Positions 17,917 through 27,792 of a DNA stretch of 64,000 nucleotides are shown here, one piece after another. The stretch's first letter is position 1; every line of letters starts with the position of its first letter. Under the pieces are notes generated by a model that was not told the DNA's origin, did not search any database, and saw only the letters and a list, made by a program, of their open reading frames with translations. The position numbers and the translations under genes were made by a program. This DNA is from Pseudomonadota bacterium (lineage in GTDB: Bacteria > Pseudomonadota > Alphaproteobacteria > SHVZ01): assembly GCA_016195085.1 (NCBI GenBank), contig JACQAG010000054.1, positions 7,045-71,044 of the forward strand. Direction: 5' to 3'.

Positions 17917-18936
17917 TTAGTAGACCAACTCGTCGCCGCCCTTATTGTCGGACAGCACGATCTCGCCGCGCGAGGCCAGGTCCTTGGCGAGGTTGACCAT
18001 GTACATCTGCGCCTCGTCCACCTCCTTCAAGCGGATCGGGCCCATGGAGGCCATGTCCTCGCGCAGGAGCTTGCCGGCGCGCTCGGACATGTTGGAGAAG
18101 AACATGTCGCGGAGCTGCTCGGAGGCGCCCTTCAGCGCGATCGCCAGCTTGCTCTTCTCCACCGTGCGCAGCAGCGTCTGCACGCCGCCCGGATCCAGGC
18201 GGGACAGGTCCTCGAAAGTGAACATCAGCGCGCGGATCTTCTCGGCGGAGTCCTTGTTGCGCTCTTCGAGCGCGGCGATGAAGCGCGACTCGGTGGCGCG
18301 GTCGAGGCTGTTGAAGATCTCCGCCATCATCTCATGGGCATCGCGCCTGGTGGTGCGCGCGAGGTTGCTCATGAACTCGGTGCGCAAGGTGCGCTCCACG
18401 TCGGAGAGCACATCCTTCTGCACCGCCTCCATGCGCAGCATGCGCATCACCACTTCCATGGCGAAGTTCTCGGGCAGCATGCTCAAGACCTTGGCTGCGT
18501 GCTCGCCCTTGACCTTGGACAAGACCACGCCGACGGTCTGCGGATATTCGTTCTTGAGGTAGTTGGCGAGCACCACCTCGTTTACGTTGCCGAGCTTGTC
18601 CCACATGGTCCGGCCGGCGGGACCGCGGATCTCGTCCATGATCCCCGAGACCCGGTCGCCGTCCATGACCTTCATCAACAGGCGCTCGGTCGAATCGAAG
18701 GTGCCGACCAAGGAGCCGGTGGAGGAGATCTGCTCGGCGAACTCCACGAACAGCCGCTCGACCACGTTCGAGGAGACCGTGCCGAGATTGGCCATGACCT
18801 GGGAGATCTCCTTGATCTCGTCGTCGCTCATCAGCGCAAAGAGCTTGGAAGCGTGCTCCTCGCCCAAGCTCATGAGCAGCATCGCCGCCTTCTCTGGACC
18901 ACTGAGCGCCCGATAATCCTCGCGAACGCGCATCAC
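17917..18936 (-). CDS. fliG: flagellar motor switch protein FliG
   Basis: 339 aa. FliG middle/C-terminal motifs ([20 protein letters not shown]). Confidence 0.9.
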   Translation of the reverse strand: MMRVREDYRALSGPEKAAMLLMSLGEEHASKLFALMSDDEIKEISQVMANLGTVSSNVVERLFVEFAEQISSTGSLVGTFDSTERLLMKVMDGDRVSGIMDEIRGPAGRTMWDKLGNVNEVVLANYLKNEYPQTVGVVLSKVKGEHAAKVLSMLPENFAMEVVMRMLRMEAVQKDVLSDVERTLRTEFMSNLARTTRRDAHEMMAEIFNSLDRATESRFIAALEERNKDSAEKIRALMFTFEDLSRLDPGGVQTLLRTVEKSKLAIALKGASEQLRDMFFSNMSERAGKLLREDMASMGPIRLKEVDEAQMYMVNLAKDLASRGEIVLSDNKGGDELVY

Positions 18937-18989
18937 CCTGCTCCCCTTACCGCAAGCCCACCCGAAAAGGGCCTGCGGCCATCACCTGC

Positions 18990-20645
18990 TCAGGTGGCTT
19001 CCTGATACATCCAGTTGCGGACGATGGCGACGGCTTCCTCCGGGTGCTTGTCGACGATCTCGCCGATCTTCTTCAAGGACGACGCGCGGACCCGACCCTC
19101 GACGCGGTTGATGTCGATCATCGCGTCGAGCAGATCTTCCGGCTCCTCTTCCGGGGGCGCCAGCGCCGCGGCGGTGTCGAGCGGGCCGGCGAGTGCGGCC
19201 ATGCCGGCACCCGGCGGGCCGGCGACGGCTTCCGGTCCTAGGGCCGCGCCGGCTGCCGGCAACGCCTCGAACAGCCTGGTCAGGACCGGGCGGACCACCA
19301 GCAGGATCACCAGCAGGCCGACCACGCCCAAGACGATGATCTCGGCCAGCTGCAGGAACTCGCGCTTGGAGATGCCGAAGAGCGTGGTCGCGGTATCGGC
19401 GACCTCTTCGATCTGGGCGAAGGGCAGGTTGGCGAGCTCGACCTGGTCGCCGCGATTCGCATCGAAGCCGATTGCAGACTTCACCAGGGCCTCGAGCTGC
19501 TGCATCTCATCCTTGTTGCGGGCGGCGTAGGTCTTGTCCGGTCCGGAGTAGATGCCGTCGACCAGAACCGCGACCGACAGGCGCTTGACCGCGCCGCCCT
19601 CGCGCACCGTGTTGCGGACGATGCGGCTCACCTCGTAGTTGACGGTCTCCTCGTTGCGGCCCGAGCGCGAGCCGGTGCTCCCGCCGCCGACATTGACGCC
19701 GGTCTGGCCTTCCGGGAGGTTGTTCTGCACGGTGACCGCCTGATTGGGCTGGCCTTCGGTCGAATTTGAGGTCTCCTCGACGGTCTGGGTCGAGCGCACG
19801 ACCTGGCCATTGGGATCGAAGCTCTCGGCGTTCTCGGTCACCCGATCGAAATTCACCTCGGCGGAGACCTCGGCGCGGACCTTGCCGAAGCCGACCGAGC
19901 GCTCGAGCAACGCCTCGACCTGGCTACGAATGCGACCCTCGTAGGCGATGCGCATTTCTTCGGCATTGGTGACGGCCAGGCTCTGCACGTTGACCTCGCC
20001 GCCCCGGGCGAGGAGATTGCCCCGATCGTCGACGATCGAGATGCGCGACGGCTTGAGATCGGGGACGGCAGCGGCAACCAGCTGCTGGACCGCCTGCACC
20101 TGCGGCTTGTCGAGCTGCTTGCCACCGCGCATCTTCAGGATGATTGAGGCGCTCGGGTCCTGACGCTCCCGGCTGAACAGCTCGCGGCGCGGCAGCACCA
20201 GATGGACCCTTGCGGCGGCAATGCCGGCAATGGTGCCGATGGTACGGGCGAGCTCGCCTTCGAGGGCCCGGACCTGGTTGATCGCCTGGACGAAGTTGCT
20301 GGTGCCAAGGCCTTGAGTTTTATCAAAAATCTCATAACCAACGGAACCGCCGGAGGGGAGCCCGGCCTGGGCCAGGGAGACGCGAAGATTGAGCGCCTGG
20401 TCGGCGGGGACAAGGATCTGCGTGCCGCCGGCGGCCAGCCGGAACGGCACGCTTTGCTGGGAGAGCTTGTTGACGATCTGGCTGGTTTCGGCCGGATCGA
20501 GATCGGCATAGAGAAGGGTCAGATCGGGCTGCCCGAGCCGGGTCATGAGGAAGATGAAGAAGCCCAGCATCACCAGACCCACGCCGCCGAGGGCGGCGAC
20601 CCGGACCGTGCCGAGATTCTTGATCATCTGAACGAGTGCGTTCAC
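18990..20645 (-). CDS. fliF: flagellar M-ring protein FliF
   Basis: 551 aa. N-terminal TM plus YscJ/FliF secretin-like domain, C-terminal TM. Confidence 0.9.
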   Translation of the reverse strand: MNALVQMIKNLGTVRVAALGGVGLVMLGFFIFLMTRLGQPDLTLLYADLDPAETSQIVNKLSQQSVPFRLAAGGTQILVPADQALNLRVSLAQAGLPSGGSVGYEIFDKTQGLGTSNFVQAINQVRALEGELARTIGTIAGIAAARVHLVLPRRELFSRERQDPSASIILKMRGGKQLDKPQVQAVQQLVAAAVPDLKPSRISIVDDRGNLLARGGEVNVQSLAVTNAEEMRIAYEGRIRSQVEALLERSVGFGKVRAEVSAEVNFDRVTENAESFDPNGQVVRSTQTVEETSNSTEGQPNQAVTVQNNLPEGQTGVNVGGGSTGSRSGRNEETVNYEVSRIVRNTVREGGAVKRLSVAVLVDGIYSGPDKTYAARNKDEMQQLEALVKSAIGFDANRGDQVELANLPFAQIEEVADTATTLFGISKREFLQLAEIIVLGVVGLLVILLVVRPVLTRLFEALPAAGAALGPEAVAGPPGAGMAALAGPLDTAAALAPPEEEPEDLLDAMIDINRVEGRVRASSLKKIGEIVDKHPEEAVAIVRNWMYQEAT

Positions 20646-20699
20646 TGGCGCCTACCTCTCCGCCCGGCTGCGACGGGTTCTGAGCGAACCCTGGCCGTG

Positions 20700-20900
20700 G
20701 CATGATCTGAGGATCCCCCGGATGGGCAAATTTTGCCTAGTACCGTACTCCAAAAGCGATTCGTTGAGAACCCTCTTTCTATAAAATTTTATGTTTTTTT
20801 GCCCTAAAAAAATTCCACTTTCTACTCTTTGGCGCGGTTACGGTGAAAATGCGCCGGGTGCCGAGCCACATTTTGCCGAGACCGTCACAGTTTGAGGCCA
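20700..20900. promoter_or_regulatory. AT-rich divergent promoter region (fliF operon leftwards; TPR-GT41 gene rightwards) carrying GGCA-N5-TGCC motif copies
   Basis: Local AT-rich island in a ~70% GC sequence (tataaaattttatgtttttttgccctaaaaaaattcc). ggcaaattttgcc at 20725-20737 and gccacattttgcc at 20875-20887. Confidence 0.4.
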
Positions 20901-21025
20901 AAATCCGGCTTCCGAGCGCGAAGCACGCCCCGAGCGCTCACCCTAGCCTTAGTTCGATTAACAAAGCCTAGCCCAAGCCCTATCCTCGGGGCGCTCGAGG
21001 GACGGGTCAGGGAAGCGGGGCCGGG

Positions 21026-23443
21026 ATGGGGCGAGGGCAGCGACCGGCGACAGGGCCGGCGAGACGCAGGGCGGCTGAAGCTTTGCAGCGCGGCATGGCG
21101 GCGCACAGCGCCGGCCAGTTCGCGGCTGCCGCGGCGCTCTACCGGGCCGTCCTCGATGTCGATCCGCGCCATGCGGATGCGCTCAGGCTCTTCGGTCTCA
21201 CCTGCTTTCAAACCGGCCAGACGGCGACGGCCATCGAATGGCTGAGCAAAGCCGTGCGGGAGGCGCCCACCACCTCCCAGTACCGGACCGACCTTGCCTT
21301 GGTGCAGATGTCCGCCGGGCGGCTCGAGGAGGCCACGCGCATGCTCGCGGCCGCCCTGGCGCTGGCGCCGGAGAGCCCCGAAGCATGGTTCAACCGGGCG
21401 ATGCTGGCGGAGGGGGCGAAGCGCCGCGACGAGGCAATGGCGCTGTTTCGCCGCGCTACATGGACCCGTCCCGAAATGGCCGAGGCCCATGCCGCGCTGG
21501 GCACGCTCCTGGTGGCGCGGGGAAACACGAAAGCCGCGGTCGGGCCGCTCTCCCAGGCGATTGCCCTCGATCCGGAACTGTCCGAGGCGCGCTTGAAGCT
21601 CGGCGGCGCCCTGCAGGAGTTGGGCCGGCAAGAAGAGGCTCTCGCCTACTATGCCGGCGGGTGCGCGGCGCAGCCCGAGGTCGTCGAGTTCCACAACAAC
21701 CGGGGCAACGTGCTCCTGGCCTTGGGGCGGGCCGAAGAGGCGGCAGGCGCATACCGCGTCGGGCTCGCGTTCCGACCGGATCTGGGCGAGACCTTCAACA
21801 ATCTCGGCAACGCCGTCATTGCCGGGCCGCATCGAGACGAAGCCGGTCCCTTCTACCGGCGGGCGGTGCTGTTGCGACCGAACCTCGCCGAGGCCTTGAG
21901 CGGGCTCGGACGCTGGCTGGTCGACCGTGAAGCCCATGAGGAGGCGATCCAGCGCTTTCGCCAAGCGCTCGCGATCGAGCGCGAGCGGCCGGAATATCTG
22001 AGCAATCTCGGCAGCGTGTTGCGCACCGTTGGCCAGCTCGACGAGGCGCTGCGCTTGTTTCGCCACGCGCTGGCCTTGGCTCCCGGGAATCCGGAAGGCC
22101 ACAACAACATGGCGAGCGCCACGCTCACCCTCGGCGATGCCGATGACGCCATTCGCAACTATCGCCGCACGCTGGCGATTGCGCCTGCCGTGCTCGACGT
22201 GTGCCGCAATCTGCTGACCGCGACCTTGTATTCGACCGCGGTCTTGCCGGCCGCAGCCTTTGCCGAGCACCGGCGGTTTGCGGAGCTGTTTCGGCCCAAA
22301 GAAGCGCCCACGCCGCTGCCGGCTCGAGCCCGCGAGCCGGAGAAGCGCTTGCGCATCGGCTACCTCTCCTCCGACTTCCGCCATCACCCGATCGCACGCA
22401 ACACCTGGCCTTGGCTCACCGAGCGCGATCGGACCCACTTCGAGGTGGTGTGCTTCGCCGAGGTGCACAAACCCGATCACGTGACCGAGCAGCTGAAGCC
22501 GCTGGTGGATGGCTGGATATCGATCATCGGCCGCAGCGATGCGGAGGTGGCCGCCGAAGTGCGCCGCGCCGGGATCGACATCCTGATCATTCTGGCGGGG
22601 CATTTCGACCGCAACCGGCCCTTGGTCGCCACCTACCGTCCGGCGCCGATCACGGCGAGCGCCCATGACGGAGCGACCAGCGGGCTCGAGGAGATGGATT
22701 ACCTCTTGGCAGACCCGATCGTCTGTCCGCGGCATGGACGCGAGGGCTTCACCGAACGGGTGGTGCGCTTGCCGCTCATCTCGCTGCAGCGACCCATCGA
22801 CGGGGCGCCCTCGATGGAGCCGCCGCCGGTGCTGCGCACGGGCGCCATCACCTTCGGATCCTTCAACAACCCGGCGAAGGTAACGCCGGCCACCGTCGAG
22901 CTATGGGCGGGCGTGCTGCACGCGGTGCCGGGCTCACGCATAGTGCTCAAATACCGCAACGTGTTCGGAGCGGCAGCGGCCCGACAACGCCTGCAGGCGA
23001 TGTTCGCCCGGCGCGGCATTCCTGCCGAGCGATTGGTGATGGCGGCGGCGAGCGGCACGGCGGATCCGGTGCTGCATCACTTGGCGCTCTACCACCATGT
23101 CGACATCGCTCTCGACACGTTTCCGTTCAACGGTTCGACGACGACGTTCGAGGCGTTGTGGATGGGCTTGCCGGTGGTCACGCTCATGGGCGAGACCATG
23201 ATGGCGCGTTGGGCGGGCTCGATGCTGGCCCATGTCGGCAGGCGAGAGTGGGCGGCGGAGACGGCCGCAGACTATGTCCGCATCGCTGGCGCGCTCGCCG
23301 GTGATCGCGACCGGCTCGTCCGCGAGCGTCAGGCGCTCCGTAGCGATGTGGCGCGTTCGCCCTTGTGCGACGCGCCACGCGCCATGCGGCATCTCGAGCG
23401 GACGTACAGGGCCTTGTGGCGGCGCTGGTGCGCCGCCGCCTAG
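21026..23443 (+). CDS. TPR-repeat + GT41 (OGT/SPINDLY-like) protein glycosyltransferase, FlmG-like (paralog 1)
   Basis: 805 aa. N-terminal TPR repeats (AxxHxAGRLxEAExLYRxVL...PxHADALxLxG). C-terminal shared motifs ITFGSFNNPAKV, VDIALDTFPFNGSTTTFEALWMGLPVVTL, SPLCDA. Start could be downstream. Confidence 0.8.
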   Translation: MGRGQRPATGPARRRAAEALQRGMAAHSAGQFAAAAALYRAVLDVDPRHADALRLFGLTCFQTGQTATAIEWLSKAVREAPTTSQYRTDLALVQMSAGRLEEATRMLAAALALAPESPEAWFNRAMLAEGAKRRDEAMALFRRATWTRPEMAEAHAALGTLLVARGNTKAAVGPLSQAIALDPELSEARLKLGGALQELGRQEEALAYYAGGCAAQPEVVEFHNNRGNVLLALGRAEEAAGAYRVGLAFRPDLGETFNNLGNAVIAGPHRDEAGPFYRRAVLLRPNLAEALSGLGRWLVDREAHEEAIQRFRQALAIERERPEYLSNLGSVLRTVGQLDEALRLFRHALALAPGNPEGHNNMASATLTLGDADDAIRNYRRTLAIAPAVLDVCRNLLTATLYSTAVLPAAAFAEHRRFAELFRPKEAPTPLPARAREPEKRLRIGYLSSDFRHHPIARNTWPWLTERDRTHFEVVCFAEVHKPDHVTEQLKPLVDGWISIIGRSDAEVAAEVRRAGIDILIILAGHFDRNRPLVATYRPAPITASAHDGATSGLEEMDYLLADPIVCPRHGREGFTERVVRLPLISLQRPIDGAPSMEPPPVLRTGAITFGSFNNPAKVTPATVELWAGVLHAVPGSRIVLKYRNVFGAAAARQRLQAMFARRGIPAERLVMAAASGTADPVLHHLALYHHVDIALDTFPFNGSTTTFEALWMGLPVVTLMGETMMARWAGSMLAHVGRREWAAETAADYVRIAGALAGDRDRLVRERQALRSDVARSPLCDAPRAMRHLERTYRALWRRWCAAA

Positions 23444-23452
23444 GCCCTATTG

Positions 23453-24778
23453 CTATTGTTTAAGTCGCGTCGCCTCATCCAGCATCTGATCCGCCGTGGT
23501 AATCACCCTGGCCGCGGCGTTATAGGCGCGCTGCACGATGATCATGTTGGTGAATTCCTGGGAAAGGTCGACGGTCGAGTTTTCCAAGGAGGAGGGCGAG
23601 ATCGCGCCCGAGGCGCCGGTGTTGGCCGGCCGCAGGAACGGATTGCCCGACGCGCTGGTGGTGCTGTAGGCGTTGCCGTTGATGCGCTGCAGGCCGTCCG
23701 CGTTCTGATAGGTGGCGACCGCCAGCCGGTAGATCTTCTGCGACAAACCATTGGCGAAGGTGGCGGTGATGAAGCCGTTGTTGTCGACGCCGACGCCGGT
23801 CAAGGCCGCCGGCGGCACGCCATCCTGGGTGATGCTATTCACCGCATAGGGCGAACCGACTTGGGTCGTGCCGTTGCCCGTGCCGATGGTGCCGAAGTTG
23901 ATGTTGATCGTCTGCGGCTGGGCGACGCCGGCGGGGAGGCCGATCACGGCCGAGAAGTTGATGCCGGAGACCGCAAGGATGCCGGAGGTCGCCGGCGTGG
24001 TGTTGCCGTTGACGTTGATCAGCTGGCCCTGGTTGTTGAAGTTGACGGTGAAGGCGGTGGCCGGCGTGGTGATGCTGGTCGGGTTGAAGGAGACGTTCAC
24101 CGTCCATTGGTTCAAGGTGGCCGTAGCGTTCCAGGTCAAGACCATGGTCTCGGGATTGCCGAGCGCGTCGTAGGTGGTGATGTTGGTGGTCTGCGCCGCC
24201 GGCGTCGCCACCGCCGTGGGCGGCAGGTTCAGCGCGGCGGTGATATTCGCCGTCGCGCGGGCGACCGAGGACTGACCGGTCAGGTTCACCGTCTGCAGAT
24301 TGGCGAACAGGTCCGTTTGGCTGGTGGTGACGCCGGCAGGCGTCAGCACGTTGCCGAACGGATCCAGCTTGTAGCCCTGCAGGAAATAGCCGCCGGCGTT
24401 GAACAGGTTGCCGTTCTTGTCGCTGGTGAAGTTGCCGGCGCGGGTGAACAGCGTGTTCGAGTTGGCCGCCTGGGTGCCGCCGGGCTGGGTGGTGACCACG
24501 AAGAAGCCCTGCCCGGTGATGGCGACGTCGGTCGGCGACGTGCTGGCCTGGATCAGGCCCTGCTTGTCCACTTGCGTGAACGGATTGCCCTGCACGCCGC
24601 CCGGCGAGTAGCTCGTGGTGCTCTGGCCATTCGTCACCAGGGTCGAGAAGCGCGTCTGCGTTCCCTTGTAGCCGACGGTGTTCACATTGGCGATGTTGTC
24701 GGAGATCGACGCCATCGAATTGCCGTTGGCGAACAGACCCGACACGCCCGCGAATAGTGCACCATAGATGCTGCTCAT
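23453..24778 (-). CDS. flgE: flagellar hook protein FlgE
   Basis: 441 aa. N-terminal MSSIYGALFAGVSGLFANGNSMASISDNIANVNTVGYK and C-terminal ...QRAYNAAARVITTADQMLDEA rod/hook conserved ends. Confidence 0.9.
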   Translation of the reverse strand: MSSIYGALFAGVSGLFANGNSMASISDNIANVNTVGYKGTQTRFSTLVTNGQSTTSYSPGGVQGNPFTQVDKQGLIQASTSPTDVAITGQGFFVVTTQPGGTQAANSNTLFTRAGNFTSDKNGNLFNAGGYFLQGYKLDPFGNVLTPAGVTTSQTDLFANLQTVNLTGQSSVARATANITAALNLPPTAVATPAAQTTNITTYDALGNPETMVLTWNATATLNQWTVNVSFNPTSITTPATAFTVNFNNQGQLINVNGNTTPATSGILAVSGINFSAVIGLPAGVAQPQTININFGTIGTGNGTTQVGSPYAVNSITQDGVPPAALTGVGVDNNGFITATFANGLSQKIYRLAVATYQNADGLQRINGNAYSTTSASGNPFLRPANTGASGAISPSSLENSTVDLSQEFTNMIIVQRAYNAAARVITTADQMLDEATRLKQ

Positions 24779-24848
24779 GACGCTTCTCCTTCTCTAACCT
24801 TCGCGGGCCTCTCGGCCGCTCTCCAAATTTGAACCGTTGCGCTGAGTC

Positions 24849-25514
24849 CTAGGATTCGACGCTGGTGATGTCCGACATGTTGACCTTGACCGACCCGATG
24901 AGCAGGACCGGACCCGAGCTGTCGACTTCGACGCCGGTGACCTTGCCGCCGACCTGGGTGGTGACGGTGACCGGCTGATTTTGCCGATCGACGGCGCCGA
25001 CGGTGATCTTGTAAGTGCCGTCGGCCAGCTGGATGCCGTTGTCGTCCTTGCCGTCCCAGCTGAAGCTGTGATCGCCCGTGGCCGTCTCGCCGACACCGTG
25101 GAACACCACCTTGCCGGTGGAATCGGTGATGGCGATCGAGGTCGCCTGCGCCGTCGCGGACAGGTTGTAGCCGAAGGTGGCGGCGCCATTTTGCAGTTGC
25201 TGGCTGCTGCCGTTGGCGCGAATGGTGTGGCCGATATAGGTGGTGGCCTGGGACACCTGGTTGCCGGTCTGCAGCGAGATCAGCTTCTCCAGGTTCTTGT
25301 TGGTGGTGATCGACTGCTCGACGGCGCTGAACTGCACTAGCTGCGTGGTGAACTGCGTGGAGTCCATCGGGCTCAGCGGATCCTGGTTCTTGAGCTGCGT
25401 GGTCAAGAGCGTCAGGAACTTGTCGGCGGTCTGCGACAGGTTCGCGAGCGCGTTCGTGGAATTGCTGGCATTGCTCGTTGCCGACGAGTTGGTGAGGCTG
25501 CTGATGCCGGTCAT
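24849..25514 (-). CDS. flgD: flagellar hook capping/assembly protein FlgD
   Basis: 221 aa. FlgD motif FLTLLTTQLKNQDPLSPMDSTQFTTQLVQFS. Confidence 0.85.
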   Translation of the reverse strand: MTGISSLTNSSATSNASNSTNALANLSQTADKFLTLLTTQLKNQDPLSPMDSTQFTTQLVQFSAVEQSITTNKNLEKLISLQTGNQVSQATTYIGHTIRANGSSQQLQNGAATFGYNLSATAQATSIAITDSTGKVVFHGVGETATGDHSFSWDGKDDNGIQLADGTYKITVGAVDRQNQPVTVTTQVGGKVTGVEVDSSGPVLLIGSVKVNMSDITSVES

Positions 25515-25535
25515 GACTCTGTGTCCTTCGCGCTC

Positions 25536-27602
25536 TTACACGCTGACGTCGACGCCGCCGGCGGCACGCCGCCAAGCAGCTGCCGGAGGTGAAGCAGGAT
25601 CCGTGCCAATCTCGCGTTCGCTCGGCGCCGACACCAGCGTGCGACGCCCGGCGTCGCGGTCGGCGAACTGGTCAGCGCTGCGCTGTTCGCGCAGGTTGAA
25701 GCTCAGGCTGCCGGAGTCGGTCTTGAGGCCGGCGTCCTTCAGCGCTTGGTCGAGATGCGTGGCGTCCCGGCGAAGCCAGTCCAAGGTTTCCGGCTTGTCG
25801 GCGGTGATCGCGGCGGCGACATGGCCGTCACGCCGGATATCGAGCTGCACATCGATGCGGCCGAGGGACTCCGGCTTCAGCTGGATGGTGATGCGGTTGC
25901 TGTCCGATTGCACCGCCTTCGAGACTTGGACCGCGATCTGCTCGGCCACCGGTGGGGGCACGTGAACGGCTCGGCTTGGCGCCGGAGCGTCCGTGCGTGT
26001 CGTCGCGTCCGCTTGCTGTGCAGGCGGCGCGGAGGCAAGGGGCGTTGGCTGTCCGGCGCCGCTGGGCTTGCTCGAACCGGCATCGGCGGCAAGCGTATCG
26101 GTGGCCGCCTGCGGCTGGTCGCTCGGCTGCGCCGCGGCTTGCGCGTGCCCACCTGCCGCACCCAGCTCGGAGGCGAAATCCGGCAGGGTCGGCTGGGCGA
26201 AGGCGGCCGCCGCATTCGCACCCGCGAGCTGGTCGCCGTTCAGCAACCTGGCCGTCAGGCTCTGTGCCGGCATCTTTGCGGCGCCTGAGCTCTGCGCCAG
26301 CGCCGCGACGGCAGCGCTTGCCGGGACCGACGGAGTATCGGAGGCGCTCTGCGCGATAAGCAGCGCGGCAAGGGAGGCGGTGCTGAGCGGCGCATCGTTG
26401 CCGTCATCATCGGCCGTGGAAGAGGGCACCACCGCCACCGTGGCCGCTGGCAGAAGGACCAGGCCCGTCTCGGTGGCCGTCGCCGTGGCAGTCGGGTTGG
26501 CATTGACCGTGGGGGTGGCCACGAAGGCGGTGGTGCGATCCGGCCCGCTGGCAGCGGCAGGCGCAGGATCTTGGACATCGGTCGTGCTTGCCGCTGCCGG
26601 CGCCACCGGCGCTGCCTGATTAGGAGTTGCCGACGCCGCGCTTGCGAGCGGCTCGGGGGCGGCAGGGGCGGGGGCGGATTGCGGCGCCGGGGCGGATTGC
26701 GGCGCCGGGGCGGCAAGCGCGCTCGCCGTGACGGGCTGCGCGGCGCCAGACGCATCGGCGGCGGCTGCCGTGTCTTGAGTGATGTCCGTCAGGGACGGGG
26801 CGGTGCCGCTCGGGACCGTCGCCGCGACGGTTGCCGCCTGGTCGGCGGCGGCCGCGGCTGCTGCGGCCGCTGTCGGTGGGGCGACGGCAGGCGTCGACGT
26901 GGGGTCGACGGCGACGCTGGCGTTGGCCGCCGTCGGATCGAAGGAAGCGGTGGCGAGAGCAGCGCTGCTGGCGTCGTCGTCATCCGCGGCACTTGCGGTT
27001 GCGCCGACAGCGGCAATAACGACTGGCGGGCTCGCGGCCGGCGCCGGCGGGTCGGAATTCGGTGATGTCTGGGCGGATGCCGCATCGGACGGATCTTGGC
27101 ATGCATCGGCGACCGCGGCCGCACCCTTCGAATGGTTGTCGGTCTGGCCGGCGGCGCCGCCGTTTGCCTGGGACGCTGCCGTCTTATCGGCATCGGCGGC
27201 ATCGGAGCGGACCACCGCGTTGCGCCGGGACGCCTTCGACGATGCGCCGGCTTTAGGCTTAGGGTCCGCGGCGCGGTCGGCGCGGCGGTCGTTGTTGCTG
27301 TCGTCGCGCGCTTTCTGGGAGGCACCGCGGCGTGTGCGGCGGTCGTCCTCGGCAGCGCGGGCGGCAGCGTTGCTGTCTAGGCTCGAAGGCGCCGAGCGCG
27401 GAGCGGCGCTGACATCGGTGGAGGCGGTATCGTTGGAAGCAGGGGCGTTCGCTCGGGAGCCCAGGAGTCCCGCCGCGCGCCGATCGACCGCCTGATCGAG
27501 GTGGGCGGCGAACTCTGCGCCATGATCACCGTCGTCGTTGGCACGCGCGCGCGATGGCGCAGGAATGGCCGAGGCGACGATGTCGATGCCGATTGCGTCC
27601 AT
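25536..27602 (-). CDS. fliK: flagellar hook-length control protein FliK (Pro/Ala-rich, C-terminal Flg_hook domain)
   Basis: 688 aa. C-terminus RITIQLKPESLGRIDVQLDIRRDGHVAAAITADKPETLDWLRRDATHLDQALKDAGL matches the FliK T3S4 domain pattern. fliK-flgD-flgE order. Confidence 0.7.
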   Translation of the reverse strand: MDAIGIDIVASAIPAPSRARANDDGDHGAEFAAHLDQAVDRRAAGLLGSRANAPASNDTASTDVSAAPRSAPSSLDSNAAARAAEDDRRTRRGASQKARDDSNNDRRADRAADPKPKAGASSKASRRNAVVRSDAADADKTAASQANGGAAGQTDNHSKGAAAVADACQDPSDAASAQTSPNSDPPAPAASPPVVIAAVGATASAADDDDASSAALATASFDPTAANASVAVDPTSTPAVAPPTAAAAAAAAADQAATVAATVPSGTAPSLTDITQDTAAAADASGAAQPVTASALAAPAPQSAPAPQSAPAPAAPEPLASAASATPNQAAPVAPAAASTTDVQDPAPAAASGPDRTTAFVATPTVNANPTATATATETGLVLLPAATVAVVPSSTADDDGNDAPLSTASLAALLIAQSASDTPSVPASAAVAALAQSSGAAKMPAQSLTARLLNGDQLAGANAAAAFAQPTLPDFASELGAAGGHAQAAAQPSDQPQAATDTLAADAGSSKPSGAGQPTPLASAPPAQQADATTRTDAPAPSRAVHVPPPVAEQIAVQVSKAVQSDSNRITIQLKPESLGRIDVQLDIRRDGHVAAAITADKPETLDWLRRDATHLDQALKDAGLKTDSGSLSFNLREQRSADQFADRDAGRRTLVSAPSEREIGTDPASPPAAAWRRAAGGVDVSV

Positions 27603-27642
27603 GATGTCGTAGCCGTCTGTCTATTGTGGCAGCTCGAATGGA

Positions 27643-27658
27643 AGCAATTCGCAGGCCA
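27643..27658 (-). promoter_or_regulatory. sigma-54 (-24/-12) promoter for fliK-flgD-flgE
   Basis: Minus-strand TGGCCTGCGAATTGCT: GG-N10-GC spacing, TTGC at -12. The GC of the -12 element lies 41 nt upstream of the fliK ATG. Consistent with the FlbD activator encoded in the window. Confidence 0.55.
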
Positions 27659-27792
27659 GGTGCGATTTCGCGCAAAGTTGCGCGACCACAAGGGGTTATT
27701 CGGAAAAATCCGACACCGGAAAGGCTGGGATGACGCTGCGGGGCAGATTCTGCAGAGGTACCCCCGGCACATTTTGCCGGGCGCTGACCGGC

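Noticed and set aside
20800-20830. Possible sigma-54 promoter TGGCGCGGTTACGGTG facing the TPR-GT41 gene
   Set aside because: The -12 position reads GT rather than GC, so it is not a credible sigma-54 site.
20646-21025. Canonical CtrA box (TTAA-N7-TTAAC) upstream of fliF
   Set aside because: Searched both strands. Only an isolated TTAAC (about 20950) is present, with no correctly spaced partner, so not claimed.
20885-22735. 616-aa minus-strand ORF
   Set aside because: Antisense to TPR-GT41 paralog 1, whose TPR and GT41 motifs identify the true frame.
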